Shown in pieces: positions 1 to 9,859 of a stretch of DNA of 64,000 nucleotides (the stretch's first letter is position 1; every line of letters starts with the position of its first letter). A model generated the notes under the pieces. It saw only the letters and a list, made by a program, of their open reading frames with translations, was not told where the DNA came from and did no database searches. Source of the DNA: an uncultured Gammaproteobacteria bacterium (GTDB lineage: Bacteria; Patescibacteriota; Microgenomatia; Levybacterales; UBA12049); the NCBI GenBank assembly GCA_964507055.1, contig CAZDOJ010000001.1, positions 77,210-141,209 on the forward strand, read 5' to 3'. The position numbers and the translations under genes are program-made.

Positions 1-281
1 CACAGCTTGCGAATCTGACACCACAGCAACGTCGAGACTTATATAATCGAGCTGAAGAAGCTCGCCTCGCTGCGTTGGATCAAAAATATACATTACTCGA
101 AAATGGGGTTCCTTATGAAGAACTTCCCGAAGGAAGTCGAATGCGTGTCATTTTTTCAAGTCTTGAAGGGAATCGACCTCCAACACTTGATGAAACTACG
201 CAGCCACTTGATCAACAAGATGCAGGGATAGACTGGGCTGGCGAAAATGATCCGGATACTGGTCCTCGAAGGACTCTATAA
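1..281 (+). CDS. 5'-truncated member of the C-terminal-tag protein family; ends ...IDWAGENDPDTGPRRTL
   Basis: The frame is open from the window start. The C-terminal DWxGxNDxDxGPRRTL peptide is shared with 13 other ORFs. No homolog recognised. Confidence 0.6.
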   Translation, partial: QLANLTPQQRRDLYNRAEEARLAALDQKYTLLENGVPYEELPEGSRMRVIFSSLEGNRPPTLDETTQPLDQQDAGIDWAGENDPDTGPRRTL

Positions 282-292
282 GATTTTATACA

Positions 293-1411
293 ATGAAACA
301 AGAAAGAGCTCCACAGCGTTTGCCAAATAAAGTAACAGACTTCGTATTGGATAACATTCCGCAATACGAATTACTCAATGCACCCAATACTGAAATAGGT
401 AAGCAGAGATTTAATGAAGTATCTGCTGATGTTTTGTCCTATCGACATGTTGGCAAATCCATAGGCCATGGTGGATTTTTAGAAGTTCATCCACTTCGTG
501 GTGCAAAGGATGTGTTGGTAAAGAGGCTCCGTGCGGCAAATATGTATCTTCTTGGAAGAGGCAGTGAAGAGGTCGCATCTTTATGGAATAACCTTCAAGA
601 TGAACACGCAATGTTTGAACAATACTTTGGGCCAGAACATGTTCCGCATACAGAATTTGTTATCGTTCAAGGGACAAATTTCGGAGATTATCGTCGGTCC
701 GCTTTTCTTTCAGATGTGGAGTACGTGATGCTGCAGGAGACAGTGAAAGGTGTACCATATTCTGAGAACCCTCAAGATCTGCGGCAACTGAAACGGGCGG
801 CACAAGGTATCACTCCAAAAATGCAGGGGAAAGTTGATGCATTTGTAGAGAAGTATAGACGCATGGTCAAGGAAGAACGTAAAGCACCAGACGGAAGCCA
901 GGTGACATTTGATTTCGGAGGCGAACATGTCTGGTTAACTGATACTAATTTTCCTGAGGATTTTGATCGTGCAACAAGCAATAATCAATTTATACAAAGT
1001 TTTGTAACAGAGCCTGATTTCCAAATTGAGAATCCACAAGCACTCGTAAACTTTCTTACATCGACGGTCAATGAATTTTCTACACTGCATGGTCAATCAT
1101 GGGAAGATATTCGAAGTCATATTTCGTACAATTCAGCATTGCACGTTCAAGCTCGGGAGCGACTACGACGTATCGGTTTTGATGAAGCGAAGGTCCTGGA
1201 TTTTGATAACCTTATGAATGCTTTAGATTTTTTCCCTCCGGAGGGAGACAATCGATTCATTCGACATCTTAATGTATTAGGTATTACAAGCACAGCGACA
1301 TTATATGAAGATCAGCCAGACTTAGGTGCAGCAGAATCTTTAGAGACCTTGGATCAACAGGTTATTTGGGATCAAAATGGTGACGAGAATGGACCAAGAA
1401 GAACATTATAA
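293..1411 (+). CDS. hypothetical protein, C-terminal-tag family member (ends ...IWDQNGDENGPRRTL)
   Basis: 372-aa ORF with N-terminus MKQER. Conserved acidic C-terminal tag. Lies 11 nt after the upstream gene. Confidence 0.6.
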   Translation: MKQERAPQRLPNKVTDFVLDNIPQYELLNAPNTEIGKQRFNEVSADVLSYRHVGKSIGHGGFLEVHPLRGAKDVLVKRLRAANMYLLGRGSEEVASLWNNLQDEHAMFEQYFGPEHVPHTEFVIVQGTNFGDYRRSAFLSDVEYVMLQETVKGVPYSENPQDLRQLKRAAQGITPKMQGKVDAFVEKYRRMVKEERKAPDGSQVTFDFGGEHVWLTDTNFPEDFDRATSNNQFIQSFVTEPDFQIENPQALVNFLTSTVNEFSTLHGQSWEDIRSHISYNSALHVQARERLRRIGFDEAKVLDFDNLMNALDFFPPEGDNRFIRHLNVLGITSTATLYEDQPDLGAAESLETLDQQVIWDQNGDENGPRRTL

Positions 1412-1494
1412 TATGGAGATATGCTCAGGGTATAGCTTATAGATTTTTAAAAATGCTTTTGTTATAATGCTTACTTTATAGAGAGTAATTTATT

Positions 1495-4146
1495 ATGTCA
1501 AATCTAGAAAGAGATTTAGGAAAAGATATTCAAGCTTCACGTTCAACCCCAATTCGGGAAGGTGCTGATCACGGCACTCCTGATGGCGATAAAGGTATAA
1601 CGCCTTCAGCCATAGCTCCGCAAGGTACAGGTGCAGAATTTTCTGTATCATCACATCCTGATGCACAACTCGGTCAGTCTGCAGTTGAAGATATCGCTGT
1701 TGGGTCTAGTGCTGAGGATGAATCAGGAACAAGTAGTACAGCAAGCTCAGATAGTAGCCATGAAGGTACAACAGATGGATCAGCTCCTACAGGTCAAACC
1801 GATAGTAGTGGAGATTGGGCTGGTGCGGAAGGAATGGGAAGTGGTTCAGAAAGTGGTACTACTGGAAGTGAAAGTGGTTCTGCTGATAGTGATACTTCTC
1901 ATGCTGATGGAAGTGCTTCTGGAGCTGAAAGTGATAGCTCGCAATCTGATGGTGATTCATCACGTGCTGATGGAAGCTCCGATACATCTTATGAAAGTGG
2001 TTCACGAACCGATGGCGGAGATAGTACGACTGAAAACTCATCGAGTACACATAGTAGTGACGGAGGTTCATCAGATACTACGAACAGTGATACAAGCTCT
2101 AGAACAGATAATAGTGAAGGTTCTCATGAAGGCACTTCTTCGGATGATCGTAGTAATGAAAGTGGTTCAACTGACACAAACACAAATGCAACTTCTGAGA
2201 GTGATTCTAGTGGTGAGGCCCCAGTAAGTAGTGATAGCAATGCTGATTCCACTGGAACACAAGATTCAGGAGATAGTGGACAACCTTTTTCAGGGGAAAC
2301 AAGTGGTAGTACTGAAGGTACACAATCAGATGGAGACACATCTGACAGTGATAGAACACCAATTTCAAACACTGATTCTTCAGGGACCGAAACAGGAACT
2401 ACCGATCAACAAACTGGAGATACTACCGATACTGATTCCACTACAGATAATAACCCAACCGGAAATACAGATGGATCAGAATCAGATTCAAGTGTAGAAC
2501 TTGATATAGACAAAAGTGGAGGAGGGGTCCAAGTAGGTGATCCCGAGCCAAGAAATCCTAAAGTTGACGAGCCTGTTGTTGAACCAACTCTTCCAACAGA
2601 CGAGTCTGATGAGCCAACGACAGACATTCCTCCAGCGACTGGAAAACCTGTTACAGATCCCGTCCCTCCGGCTGGACCAACTGTCACTGATACAGATGAC
2701 AACGAACCTCCAACGACTATTACTGATCTAGGTGAAAAAGATCCCACAGCTACATCTGATGGAGACAAAGATGGGGTCCTGGTAGGAACTGATGGAACAG
2801 AAAGTATAACAATTGTGGATATAGATCCTGATGTTACTGTGAAACCAGGTTCAGTTGAAGATCCACAAGACGGAGTTATTACTGGTGATCCTATTATGGA
2901 TACAACTAGTCCAAAAACTGATACCACAGATGGTGACGGAACCGTTGAACCACAGGGGATAACAGACCCTGGTGTTACAGATGGTACGGATGGGGATAAA
3001 ATTGACCCAACTGCCGATCCTGTCCAACCTAGTGTGATCACCACAGATGGTGATGGAACCTTAGAGCCACAAGGAACAGTAGATACTAGTGATCCAGCTG
3101 CTGATCCTAAAGATCCAAGTGGTCCTGATGATTCAGGAGAAGGAAAAGATACTCCCAATGAAGAGGAAAATGCGAGTGGTCCAGAAGCAGGAGCACCAGA
3201 AATGACCGAGGAAGAAAAAGAGTTTGATGAATTAGTAACACAGGTTTCTAAAGAAATGCTCGGAACACTTAATGGGAAAGAACCAACAGAGGCAGAAATA
3301 GAAACCATGAAAGAAGGAGTTGCACGAGATATAGATATCGCTCATCAGCATTGGATGTCAGAATATTCTCGGTTAACTCAGCACTACGCTCACGTCTATA
3401 CAATTGAAGAGGCTCAAAGAATGGCTCGAGCAGATGTTATGGCGATGGCTAGTTACGTTTCAGGGATTGCTGTTAATGATATCAGCCAAGTCAGTGTCGC
3501 TATGTTTTTGGGTGAGGTTAATGCACCAAAAGCTATGAGAGTGAGAGCACAAAATTATTCTGAACGAAATCCATTTGCAGTGCAATTAGGTGATATTGAT
3601 GGAGGGATGTTTGGATTAGGTAGATATAGAGAAGAAAGTGATCGTATGGAAGGTTCCCACCCAGATATAGCACGTGGTGCTAGTCGTATAAAGCAAGCAG
3701 AACAGCGAGAAGCAGGTATTAATAAAGCAGTAGAACATCGTTTGCGAACAGATGGTATAAGTGATTTCTCAGAAAGTCGATACACTCCAGATATCGATGG
3801 TGTTGGAGATAATGACGATATGCCAGTAATGCCCAAAGAAAGTATCCAACAAGAGCAATCGAGTGGATATGTCGAGGCTCATGGGGCAGTGGATATTGTA
3901 GAACCAGCCGAAGTTGTTATGCCAAATAATGAACAAACAGATTCTAATAGAGAAGTTGCTACGACTGAAGCTAAGACTGTCGTTGTTGATGGAATAGTCT
4001 ATGAAATTCCTGCTCCTGAACCAATGCCTGCTCTTGACGATCATGAAGCAGTGCCGTTAAAAGTGCTTGATCAATTGGTTGATTGGACCGGAAAGACAGA
4101 TGTAGGTGCGGATATTAATCAGGGCTCACCTAAGAAGACACTCTAA
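1495..4146 (+). CDS. 883-aa polyanionic low-complexity protein with a globular C-terminal region; tag family member (ends ...VDWTGKTDVGADINQGSPKKTL)
   Basis: About 300 aa of S/T/D/G/E-rich sequence, then Pro/Asp/Thr-rich repeats (TDGDGT[VL]EPQG occurs twice), then an ordinary-composition ~300-aa C-terminal part. TATAAT at 1464-1469. N-terminus MSNLER. Confidence 0.6.
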   Translation: MSNLERDLGKDIQASRSTPIREGADHGTPDGDKGITPSAIAPQGTGAEFSVSSHPDAQLGQSAVEDIAVGSSAEDESGTSSTASSDSSHEGTTDGSAPTGQTDSSGDWAGAEGMGSGSESGTTGSESGSADSDTSHADGSASGAESDSSQSDGDSSRADGSSDTSYESGSRTDGGDSTTENSSSTHSSDGGSSDTTNSDTSSRTDNSEGSHEGTSSDDRSNESGSTDTNTNATSESDSSGEAPVSSDSNADSTGTQDSGDSGQPFSGETSGSTEGTQSDGDTSDSDRTPISNTDSSGTETGTTDQQTGDTTDTDSTTDNNPTGNTDGSESDSSVELDIDKSGGGVQVGDPEPRNPKVDEPVVEPTLPTDESDEPTTDIPPATGKPVTDPVPPAGPTVTDTDDNEPPTTITDLGEKDPTATSDGDKDGVLVGTDGTESITIVDIDPDVTVKPGSVEDPQDGVITGDPIMDTTSPKTDTTDGDGTVEPQGITDPGVTDGTDGDKIDPTADPVQPSVITTDGDGTLEPQGTVDTSDPAADPKDPSGPDDSGEGKDTPNEEENASGPEAGAPEMTEEEKEFDELVTQVSKEMLGTLNGKEPTEAEIETMKEGVARDIDIAHQHWMSEYSRLTQHYAHVYTIEEAQRMARADVMAMASYVSGIAVNDISQVSVAMFLGEVNAPKAMRVRAQNYSERNPFAVQLGDIDGGMFGLGRYREESDRMEGSHPDIARGASRIKQAEQREAGINKAVEHRLRTDGISDFSESRYTPDIDGVGDNDDMPVMPKESIQQEQSSGYVEAHGAVDIVEPAEVVMPNNEQTDSNREVATTEAKTVVVDGIVYEIPAPEPMPALDDHEAVPLKVLDQLVDWTGKTDVGADINQGSPKKTL

Positions 4147-4164
4147 ATTACAAAGGCGTGTACT

Positions 4165-4806
4165 ATGAGTAACGAACGAAAACCAGGACCTATCCGATAC
4201 AACGAACTGGATAGACAATATCCTGGAGAAGCCTATGTAGCAAAACCGCATGAACCTAACAGTGTCCACGCGATAAAAACAGTTTATCTTGGTGCTGGCG
4301 ATGCCTCAGATCCAGCTCTTATCCGATACATTGAAGTTCGTGCATCAGATTACCCAAGACCTTCAGATGTATTTGGTTTACCTAGTTTATTCAAGCCAGC
4401 AGTCGAAGAACGAAGGCTGCAATATACGGTAAAGCTTGTCTCAGTTTCCTATAGTGAGGATCCAACTTTTGAAGACCCTGAAAAAAAGCTTCCGAATTAT
4501 AGTGAAAGACATCAACTTCTCGTAAAGCCTTTTTTTACAGGAACTGCAAAAGGAGCTTTGGATAAAGGACATGAAATTTATACACAGCAAGTCATCAAAG
4601 AGCACAATCAACGAGAGAATATAGAAGAAGCTACTGCTAGTCCTAATCTGGGAATTGAATCCATTTCTGAAGATGAAATTAAAACAATTGTTCCTGAGGA
4701 AGTTCAAACAGCCCCTCCAATACTCAATCAAGAAATCCCTTTAGTAGATTTAGATAAAGATATAGATTGGGATGATGGTGCAGACGGACCAGAACATACA
4801 CTCTAA
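4165..4806 (+). CDS. hypothetical protein, tag family member (ends ...IDWDDGADGPEHTL)
   Basis: 213-aa ORF with N-terminus MSNERKP. Shares the C-terminal motif. Starts 19 nt after the upstream gene. Confidence 0.55.
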   Translation: MSNERKPGPIRYNELDRQYPGEAYVAKPHEPNSVHAIKTVYLGAGDASDPALIRYIEVRASDYPRPSDVFGLPSLFKPAVEERRLQYTVKLVSVSYSEDPTFEDPEKKLPNYSERHQLLVKPFFTGTAKGALDKGHEIYTQQVIKEHNQRENIEEATASPNLGIESISEDEIKTIVPEEVQTAPPILNQEIPLVDLDKDIDWDDGADGPEHTL

Positions 4807-4846
4807 TTGTCTTGACTTCTAAAAATGTAAGATCTATACTCCCAAA

Positions 4847-7516
4847 ATGTTAGAGGCAAGTGTACGAGCATACCTAGAAATAAGAAGACTTAAGTTGGAA
4901 GATCGCGAACGATATGGTAATAAAACACGCGAAATGCCAAGAAGAGTACCCATTAATCCGCGTTTATATCATAGGCAATATCAAGTAGATGGTGTAAATA
5001 CTATTACCCAGCTCGCAGATGCTTTATATCATGACAAATATGACTTTCCACAAGCAGGCAGAAAGTTATCTCTTATCGATACAGCAGCAGCAATAGCGGA
5101 TAGTACTAAAGGTACATCCAATATGTGGAAACCTTCAGAAGATGGTAAACCTCAAACCAGTCAACGAGAAGATGATAGCTTACAAGTACATTTTACGGCA
5201 AAAATGTTTCGAGATGCTCTGCGAGTTGTCAGAAAGTTTGGTGCCTCTCAGCAAAATATGGTCTCACCAATTGCTCTTAATGACTTGAATACCTTCCTTA
5301 ATGAACAAATAGATATGCGTGACGAAATATTTGCAGGTATGTATGAAAGCCGTGCACCACAGATAGAACATGTTCACGGTCAAGATCAAGTAATTTCTGA
5401 GGAAGTGAGAAGAGAAGCTCATGTAAAAGGATTACATCGTATTTGGCCATTCAGAGTTAAGCGTGATGACGGAGATCTCCTTATTAGTTATAGTCTCGAT
5501 GGTCTGGTTGGTTGGAAACATGATCGCACTAAAGACGAGGATCCTGACGGATCTGCTCATATTGTCACAATTCGTAAGCAAAAAGGTCAACACTGGCCTC
5601 GTGTGTATGGAAAGAATCCCTCTGCAAAAACTGAAGCACAAGGAAAAGGTCCGATTCTTATTGATGGCAGGGGAAGTGTTGTAGATCAGGTAGATGTAGA
5701 TGGTTGTCAAAAAGTGGAGATCCGTAATATGGACATCCATACAGTATTTGTTGCAGCTGGAGAGGTAGATATTGAAGGTGCAAATATCGATACTATTCGT
5801 ACCGGCAAAAATGGTGTAGCAACAATTGCAGACAGCTCTGTACAAAGTATGTTTGCGTTGTGGGAGGGATCTACATTAAATTGTATGAACACTCCTACAG
5901 GAAAAGTTAAATTGGCTTCAGGAGATTTACTATCAGATGAAAGTGATTTTGGAGTCATTATAGCGACGAGTGGTGCTCATATAAGCGTGAATAAGGGAGA
6001 TGTTGTTAGTTTAGCTGTTGATACACAGACAAAAGTGTCAATTAATGGAGCGGTTGATTATGTTTGTGCTAGCGATGAAGGAACAGAGGTTGGCATTAGT
6101 GACGAATGTGGTTCAATAACTTTTCAAGACAAAGCTACAGGTTGGATTAAAAAAGAGGACGGTACAGATTGGATCTATGTCTCATCAGCTGAGGCACCAT
6201 TTGCTAGGAGTTCGTCTCATGTAAATACATTAGCTGAAGATCCCTTGCAAATTAGTGACGAAATACCTGATCTTGAGTTTGTACGCAGTCAAAAACGTCT
6301 TGGAGCTGTGCGGAAGGTTCTCTCAAATATTCAAGGAATGGTAGTACCAGCTTCTGTTCTTGAAGCGTTAGCGTTCCTTGCTTCTAATAAAGAAGATGAA
6401 CTCACTGAGTTAGCTCCTGGGGCATTACCAGAAATTCGTGCGGAAGGGGTTGATCAAATCGCTGATATAAGAGATTTCGAGTTGCGTGCAGTTCTGCGTA
6501 CACTGAAAGAATATGAACAAGATCCATCATTACCATCAATTGATGGTAATGCATTAAGAAGTTTTATTTCTGAACAGCGAGTATATCAGCTAGAAAAATT
6601 AAGTCGTCTTGCTGAAGGGATGGCTCCTGAAAAGATTGAACATACAGCTGAAGCTATAAAAGAAGCCACACGTGAGGCAAAAGCAAAAGCACGACAAGGT
6701 GGATACAAAGAAAGAAGGTCGCAAAATGCTGACTATAGTTATCACAACAATACAATCGATACTATACATGGTTTTGATCCACCCGTACGTAGTGACAATT
6801 TAACTGTTTTTTATGGTGATCTTACTGTAAGCCATAGTGTGAAAGACGATCCGCCAATTATCTATTCAGTTCAGAAAGACGGAATAAGGAGATATATTAT
6901 TGATGGACAAGGTCGTACATTGCCGGAAATAAGTATTTCAGGTAAAAAAGAGCATGTGATTATCGAGCTTCAATCAATTGATGTGGGTACATTAACTGTA
7001 CGAAGTAAAAATCGTGTTGTCGCAACAGAGGCAAATATTGATACTGTAACGATCCACGAAGGAGGGATGCTTATCGCTAATGATGGAACTATTGGTAATA
7101 TCTCAGCCAAAGGTCCAAGTGCTCGTGTCGAGATCAAAAATACTGACGTCAGTAGTGTAAGTCTTACAGATCAAGCAAGTTTTGTAGGGAGAGGTAGTGA
7201 TATTGGTACACTTCATATCTCTAAAACGGCTCAGGGACAACATGAAGGGGATATTGCTCTTGCGGTGCTTCATGATGGTGGAACCTTGGAGCTTGATGGT
7301 GAGGTCGGACGAATTCTTGGAAAGCAAGATAACGATCCAATGGATCACCTATCAGGCGAGTATGGATTTATTGATCCTAAAAAGCGTATATACCAACCTA
7401 CCTCTAAAGAAACTGCAGAAATGCCAGACCTTTCAGGTCCTACATTTTCGGAAGAGACGACATTAGTAGATTGGACATGGGATGATGACGGACCAGATGT
7501 AAATAAAACTTTATAA
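4847..7516 (+). CDS. 889-aa protein with a repeated beta-helix-like segment; tag family member (ends ...VDWTWDDDGPDVNKTL)
   Basis: Consensus promoter TTGACT(4812-4817)-17-TATACT(4835-4840) with the ATG 7 nt downstream, so leaderless. Two similar segments rich in alternating V/I/T/G/N/D (VDVDGCQKVEIRNMDIHT... and IDVGTLTVRSKNRVVATEANIDTVTIHEGG...). Confidence 0.6.
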   Translation: MLEASVRAYLEIRRLKLEDRERYGNKTREMPRRVPINPRLYHRQYQVDGVNTITQLADALYHDKYDFPQAGRKLSLIDTAAAIADSTKGTSNMWKPSEDGKPQTSQREDDSLQVHFTAKMFRDALRVVRKFGASQQNMVSPIALNDLNTFLNEQIDMRDEIFAGMYESRAPQIEHVHGQDQVISEEVRREAHVKGLHRIWPFRVKRDDGDLLISYSLDGLVGWKHDRTKDEDPDGSAHIVTIRKQKGQHWPRVYGKNPSAKTEAQGKGPILIDGRGSVVDQVDVDGCQKVEIRNMDIHTVFVAAGEVDIEGANIDTIRTGKNGVATIADSSVQSMFALWEGSTLNCMNTPTGKVKLASGDLLSDESDFGVIIATSGAHISVNKGDVVSLAVDTQTKVSINGAVDYVCASDEGTEVGISDECGSITFQDKATGWIKKEDGTDWIYVSSAEAPFARSSSHVNTLAEDPLQISDEIPDLEFVRSQKRLGAVRKVLSNIQGMVVPASVLEALAFLASNKEDELTELAPGALPEIRAEGVDQIADIRDFELRAVLRTLKEYEQDPSLPSIDGNALRSFISEQRVYQLEKLSRLAEGMAPEKIEHTAEAIKEATREAKAKARQGGYKERRSQNADYSYHNNTIDTIHGFDPPVRSDNLTVFYGDLTVSHSVKDDPPIIYSVQKDGIRRYIIDGQGRTLPEISISGKKEHVIIELQSIDVGTLTVRSKNRVVATEANIDTVTIHEGGMLIANDGTIGNISAKGPSARVEIKNTDVSSVSLTDQASFVGRGSDIGTLHISKTAQGQHEGDIALAVLHDGGTLELDGEVGRILGKQDNDPMDHLSGEYGFIDPKKRIYQPTSKETAEMPDLSGPTFSEETTLVDWTWDDDGPDVNKTL

Positions 7517-7521
7517 CTTAT

Positions 7522-8598
7522 ATGACTGAAAGAATTCCCCAAAACGCTCGAGAAAAAGGTAAACCATTTACAATGGTATTATTACAGCATGACAATCGGT
7601 CATTGCATGAACTTGATGCTTTTAAAAATGGATTAGAACAAGCATTATATACGCACCCTCAAGGAAAAATTGTGGCATTTGTTGAATCTCCTAGTGTGCC
7701 TGTGGGTATTAGTTCAGCCGTTGAAGCAGCTCATGCTGCAAGATATACGTTTGATGAATCTTATCGAAAGGCTATTTATGATTACCATTTCCCTCCAGGC
7801 TCTATACAAAGGAGAAATCGCCAGAGGCAACATGAACCTAATGGACATAGTGATCTGACTATCCCGCATGGCTTCTACCGTAGCACATTTGAAACTTTAG
7901 ATGATCTTGATGCTCGGTATAAAGATCCCGAAGGCAAAAGCAGGATTACACTTGTATTAGAAGAGCAATCACCTTATATTCGCCAGCGTGCTATTGATTT
8001 GACGCAAATTGATTTAGCTTCTCATACAGATCCGATTGGAGCACGTAAACAATGGATACAAGAATTCGCGATTTATGAAAATATGCGTACGAATCCCAAT
8101 ATTCAACGCATTACCGATGCGATGGAAGATGAAGATGTGGTGGCTGGTATCGGGTGGATGGGGAAGCTACACACAAAAGTCGCTCAGGGTTTAAGGAAAG
8201 CGGAAGGCGTTGATCAATCAAAGCGTCTTGATGTGACGACAGTTTTTCCAGTTAGAAATGGTGCCAAAGTTTACTTTGATCCCGTCACCAAATTAGTGCG
8301 AGATCAAATGTTTTTTCCTGATCGAGAGATTTCATCCTCAGAGGTCGCTGAAGCATATACGATGAATATGGAAATAGAAGCACAGATCAGAAGAGATAGA
8401 CAAGGTAGGGTTATTCGAAATGGAAGAATTGAGCGATATACTTCTGAAGAACTAGGCCAAAAAGAACAACATTATTTGGGTAAGGCTTATGCATCACGGA
8501 TATCAGCACCTCGGCATTCTGATCCACCACTATCGACTTATACGATTGATTGGGCTGGGACCAATGATCCTTCTGAAGATCCAAAGAAAACCCTCTAA
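7522..8598 (+). CDS. hypothetical protein, tag family member (ends ...IDWAGTNDPSEDPKKTL); paralog of the next gene
   Basis: N-terminus MTER. Internal motif DVVAGIGWMGKLHTKVAQG matches DVIGSVGFLGAVHTGVSQD in the next ORF. Starts 5 nt after the upstream stop. Confidence 0.6.
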   Translation: MTERIPQNAREKGKPFTMVLLQHDNRSLHELDAFKNGLEQALYTHPQGKIVAFVESPSVPVGISSAVEAAHAARYTFDESYRKAIYDYHFPPGSIQRRNRQRQHEPNGHSDLTIPHGFYRSTFETLDDLDARYKDPEGKSRITLVLEEQSPYIRQRAIDLTQIDLASHTDPIGARKQWIQEFAIYENMRTNPNIQRITDAMEDEDVVAGIGWMGKLHTKVAQGLRKAEGVDQSKRLDVTTVFPVRNGAKVYFDPVTKLVRDQMFFPDREISSSEVAEAYTMNMEIEAQIRRDRQGRVIRNGRIERYTSEELGQKEQHYLGKAYASRISAPRHSDPPLSTYTIDWAGTNDPSEDPKKTL

Positions 8599-8709
8599 TT
8601 AGGCCTATAGTTGCAATTGTGCTTTAAAAAGTATATAATCAAAACCAAATAGGACAACCACTGCTAGAGAAGTTGTCCATGAGTAACATCCGTGTTACAA
8701 TACACCATT

Positions 8710-9837
8710 ATGTCAGAGCGATTTAAGCCATTACAACAAAGAGAAACAGAACCGACAGGTCCTGGCCGCAAGCCTGTGGACTTTGTTTTTGTTTCTCATA
8801 ATGCAAACGTAGAAGGTGATCTCGCCCAACTTAGCCAATGGAGTAATCGAATTCGTGAAATGCTTCAAAGTAAATCGACTGGTAAGGTTGTTGTTTTTAT
8901 GGAAGATGAAGGAGCTTCACCTGAGTATTCTCAAGGTGTACGAGAGTATACAGCTATGGGTTTAAATCCTGCAGAGGCAAAGCTCAATGCCCAAATGGAT
9001 CTTATCCCAGATGAACAGTTAGATGATCCTGAAGTTCAGGGTCTTATTGAAGAATCAGAAAGAGATCTTACTACTGGATTTGAAGGTACGGCAAACGCTT
9101 TGCTCGCAAATATTATGCAGGAATTCCCTGGAAGAGTTGATCTCATTCCTGAAGCACAGCCCGAACATATTCGAAATGAACCAATAGATATCGCAACAAT
9201 GTACAATAGCATATTAACAGCTGATCTCCCCGAACAGACAAAGGTTGAGTTGTTTAGAATCCAAAACAAAAAGTTTGCGGAATTGCAAAAGGAGAGAGAA
9301 GGAAATATCTACAATACAATTTCCTTTGCTCTTTTAGACGATGACGTTATTGGTAGTGTTGGATTTTTGGGAGCCGTACATACTGGTGTGAGTCAAGACT
9401 TTGCGACAACCAAAGATGAGAATGGAAATAAAAAGTTTACCTCAGCTCGAGCTTTCCCTGAACAACAAGGGTCAAAGTATAATTTCTCACCCTTCATGAG
9501 TCTTCTTCGAAAACAAATGCGTGACTTAGATGTTGAATTAACTGATGACGAGATTGGTAGTGCGTTCATTATTGAAAGAGATATTCGCGAAAAACAAGAA
9601 GTCTCTGATGCTTTAGGTTTTGACGAAACACGTCAGGCTCAACTTGCTGATGCATACGCTACTTTTCAAGCTATGGGAGATTTTGGAGATTTTACGATTG
9701 GTGATGCTGTGGATCAAGCAAGTACAGGCCATCCTCAATTGGATGCGACAACAGATAGGCCTCTTGAAGAAGCAAATGGTGATGTAGACTGGACAGGCAA
9801 TAATGACCCAGACGAAGGACCCAATCGCACCCTCTAA
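8710..9837 (+). CDS. hypothetical protein, tag family member (ends ...VDWTGNNDPDEGPNRTL); paralog of 7522-8598
   Basis: The longest ORF starts at a GTG at 8692. The ATG at 8710 gives MSERFKP, matching the family's M-[TS]-E-R N-terminus. Promoter TTGCAA(8611-8616)-17-TATAAT(8634-8639) lies upstream. Confidence 0.55.
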   Translation: MSERFKPLQQRETEPTGPGRKPVDFVFVSHNANVEGDLAQLSQWSNRIREMLQSKSTGKVVVFMEDEGASPEYSQGVREYTAMGLNPAEAKLNAQMDLIPDEQLDDPEVQGLIEESERDLTTGFEGTANALLANIMQEFPGRVDLIPEAQPEHIRNEPIDIATMYNSILTADLPEQTKVELFRIQNKKFAELQKEREGNIYNTISFALLDDDVIGSVGFLGAVHTGVSQDFATTKDENGNKKFTSARAFPEQQGSKYNFSPFMSLLRKQMRDLDVELTDDEIGSAFIIERDIREKQEVSDALGFDETRQAQLADAYATFQAMGDFGDFTIGDAVDQASTGHPQLDATTDRPLEEANGDVDWTGNNDPDEGPNRTL

Positions 9838-9859
9838 CTACTAGGAATACATATTCATT

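Noticed and set aside
1631-3308. Long ORFs on both strands overlapping the 883-aa gene (1631-2227 +, 2406-3308 -, and others)
   Set aside because: They translate to low-complexity strings, as expected from reading the S/D/G/T-rich repeat DNA out of frame or antisense. They are not independent genes.
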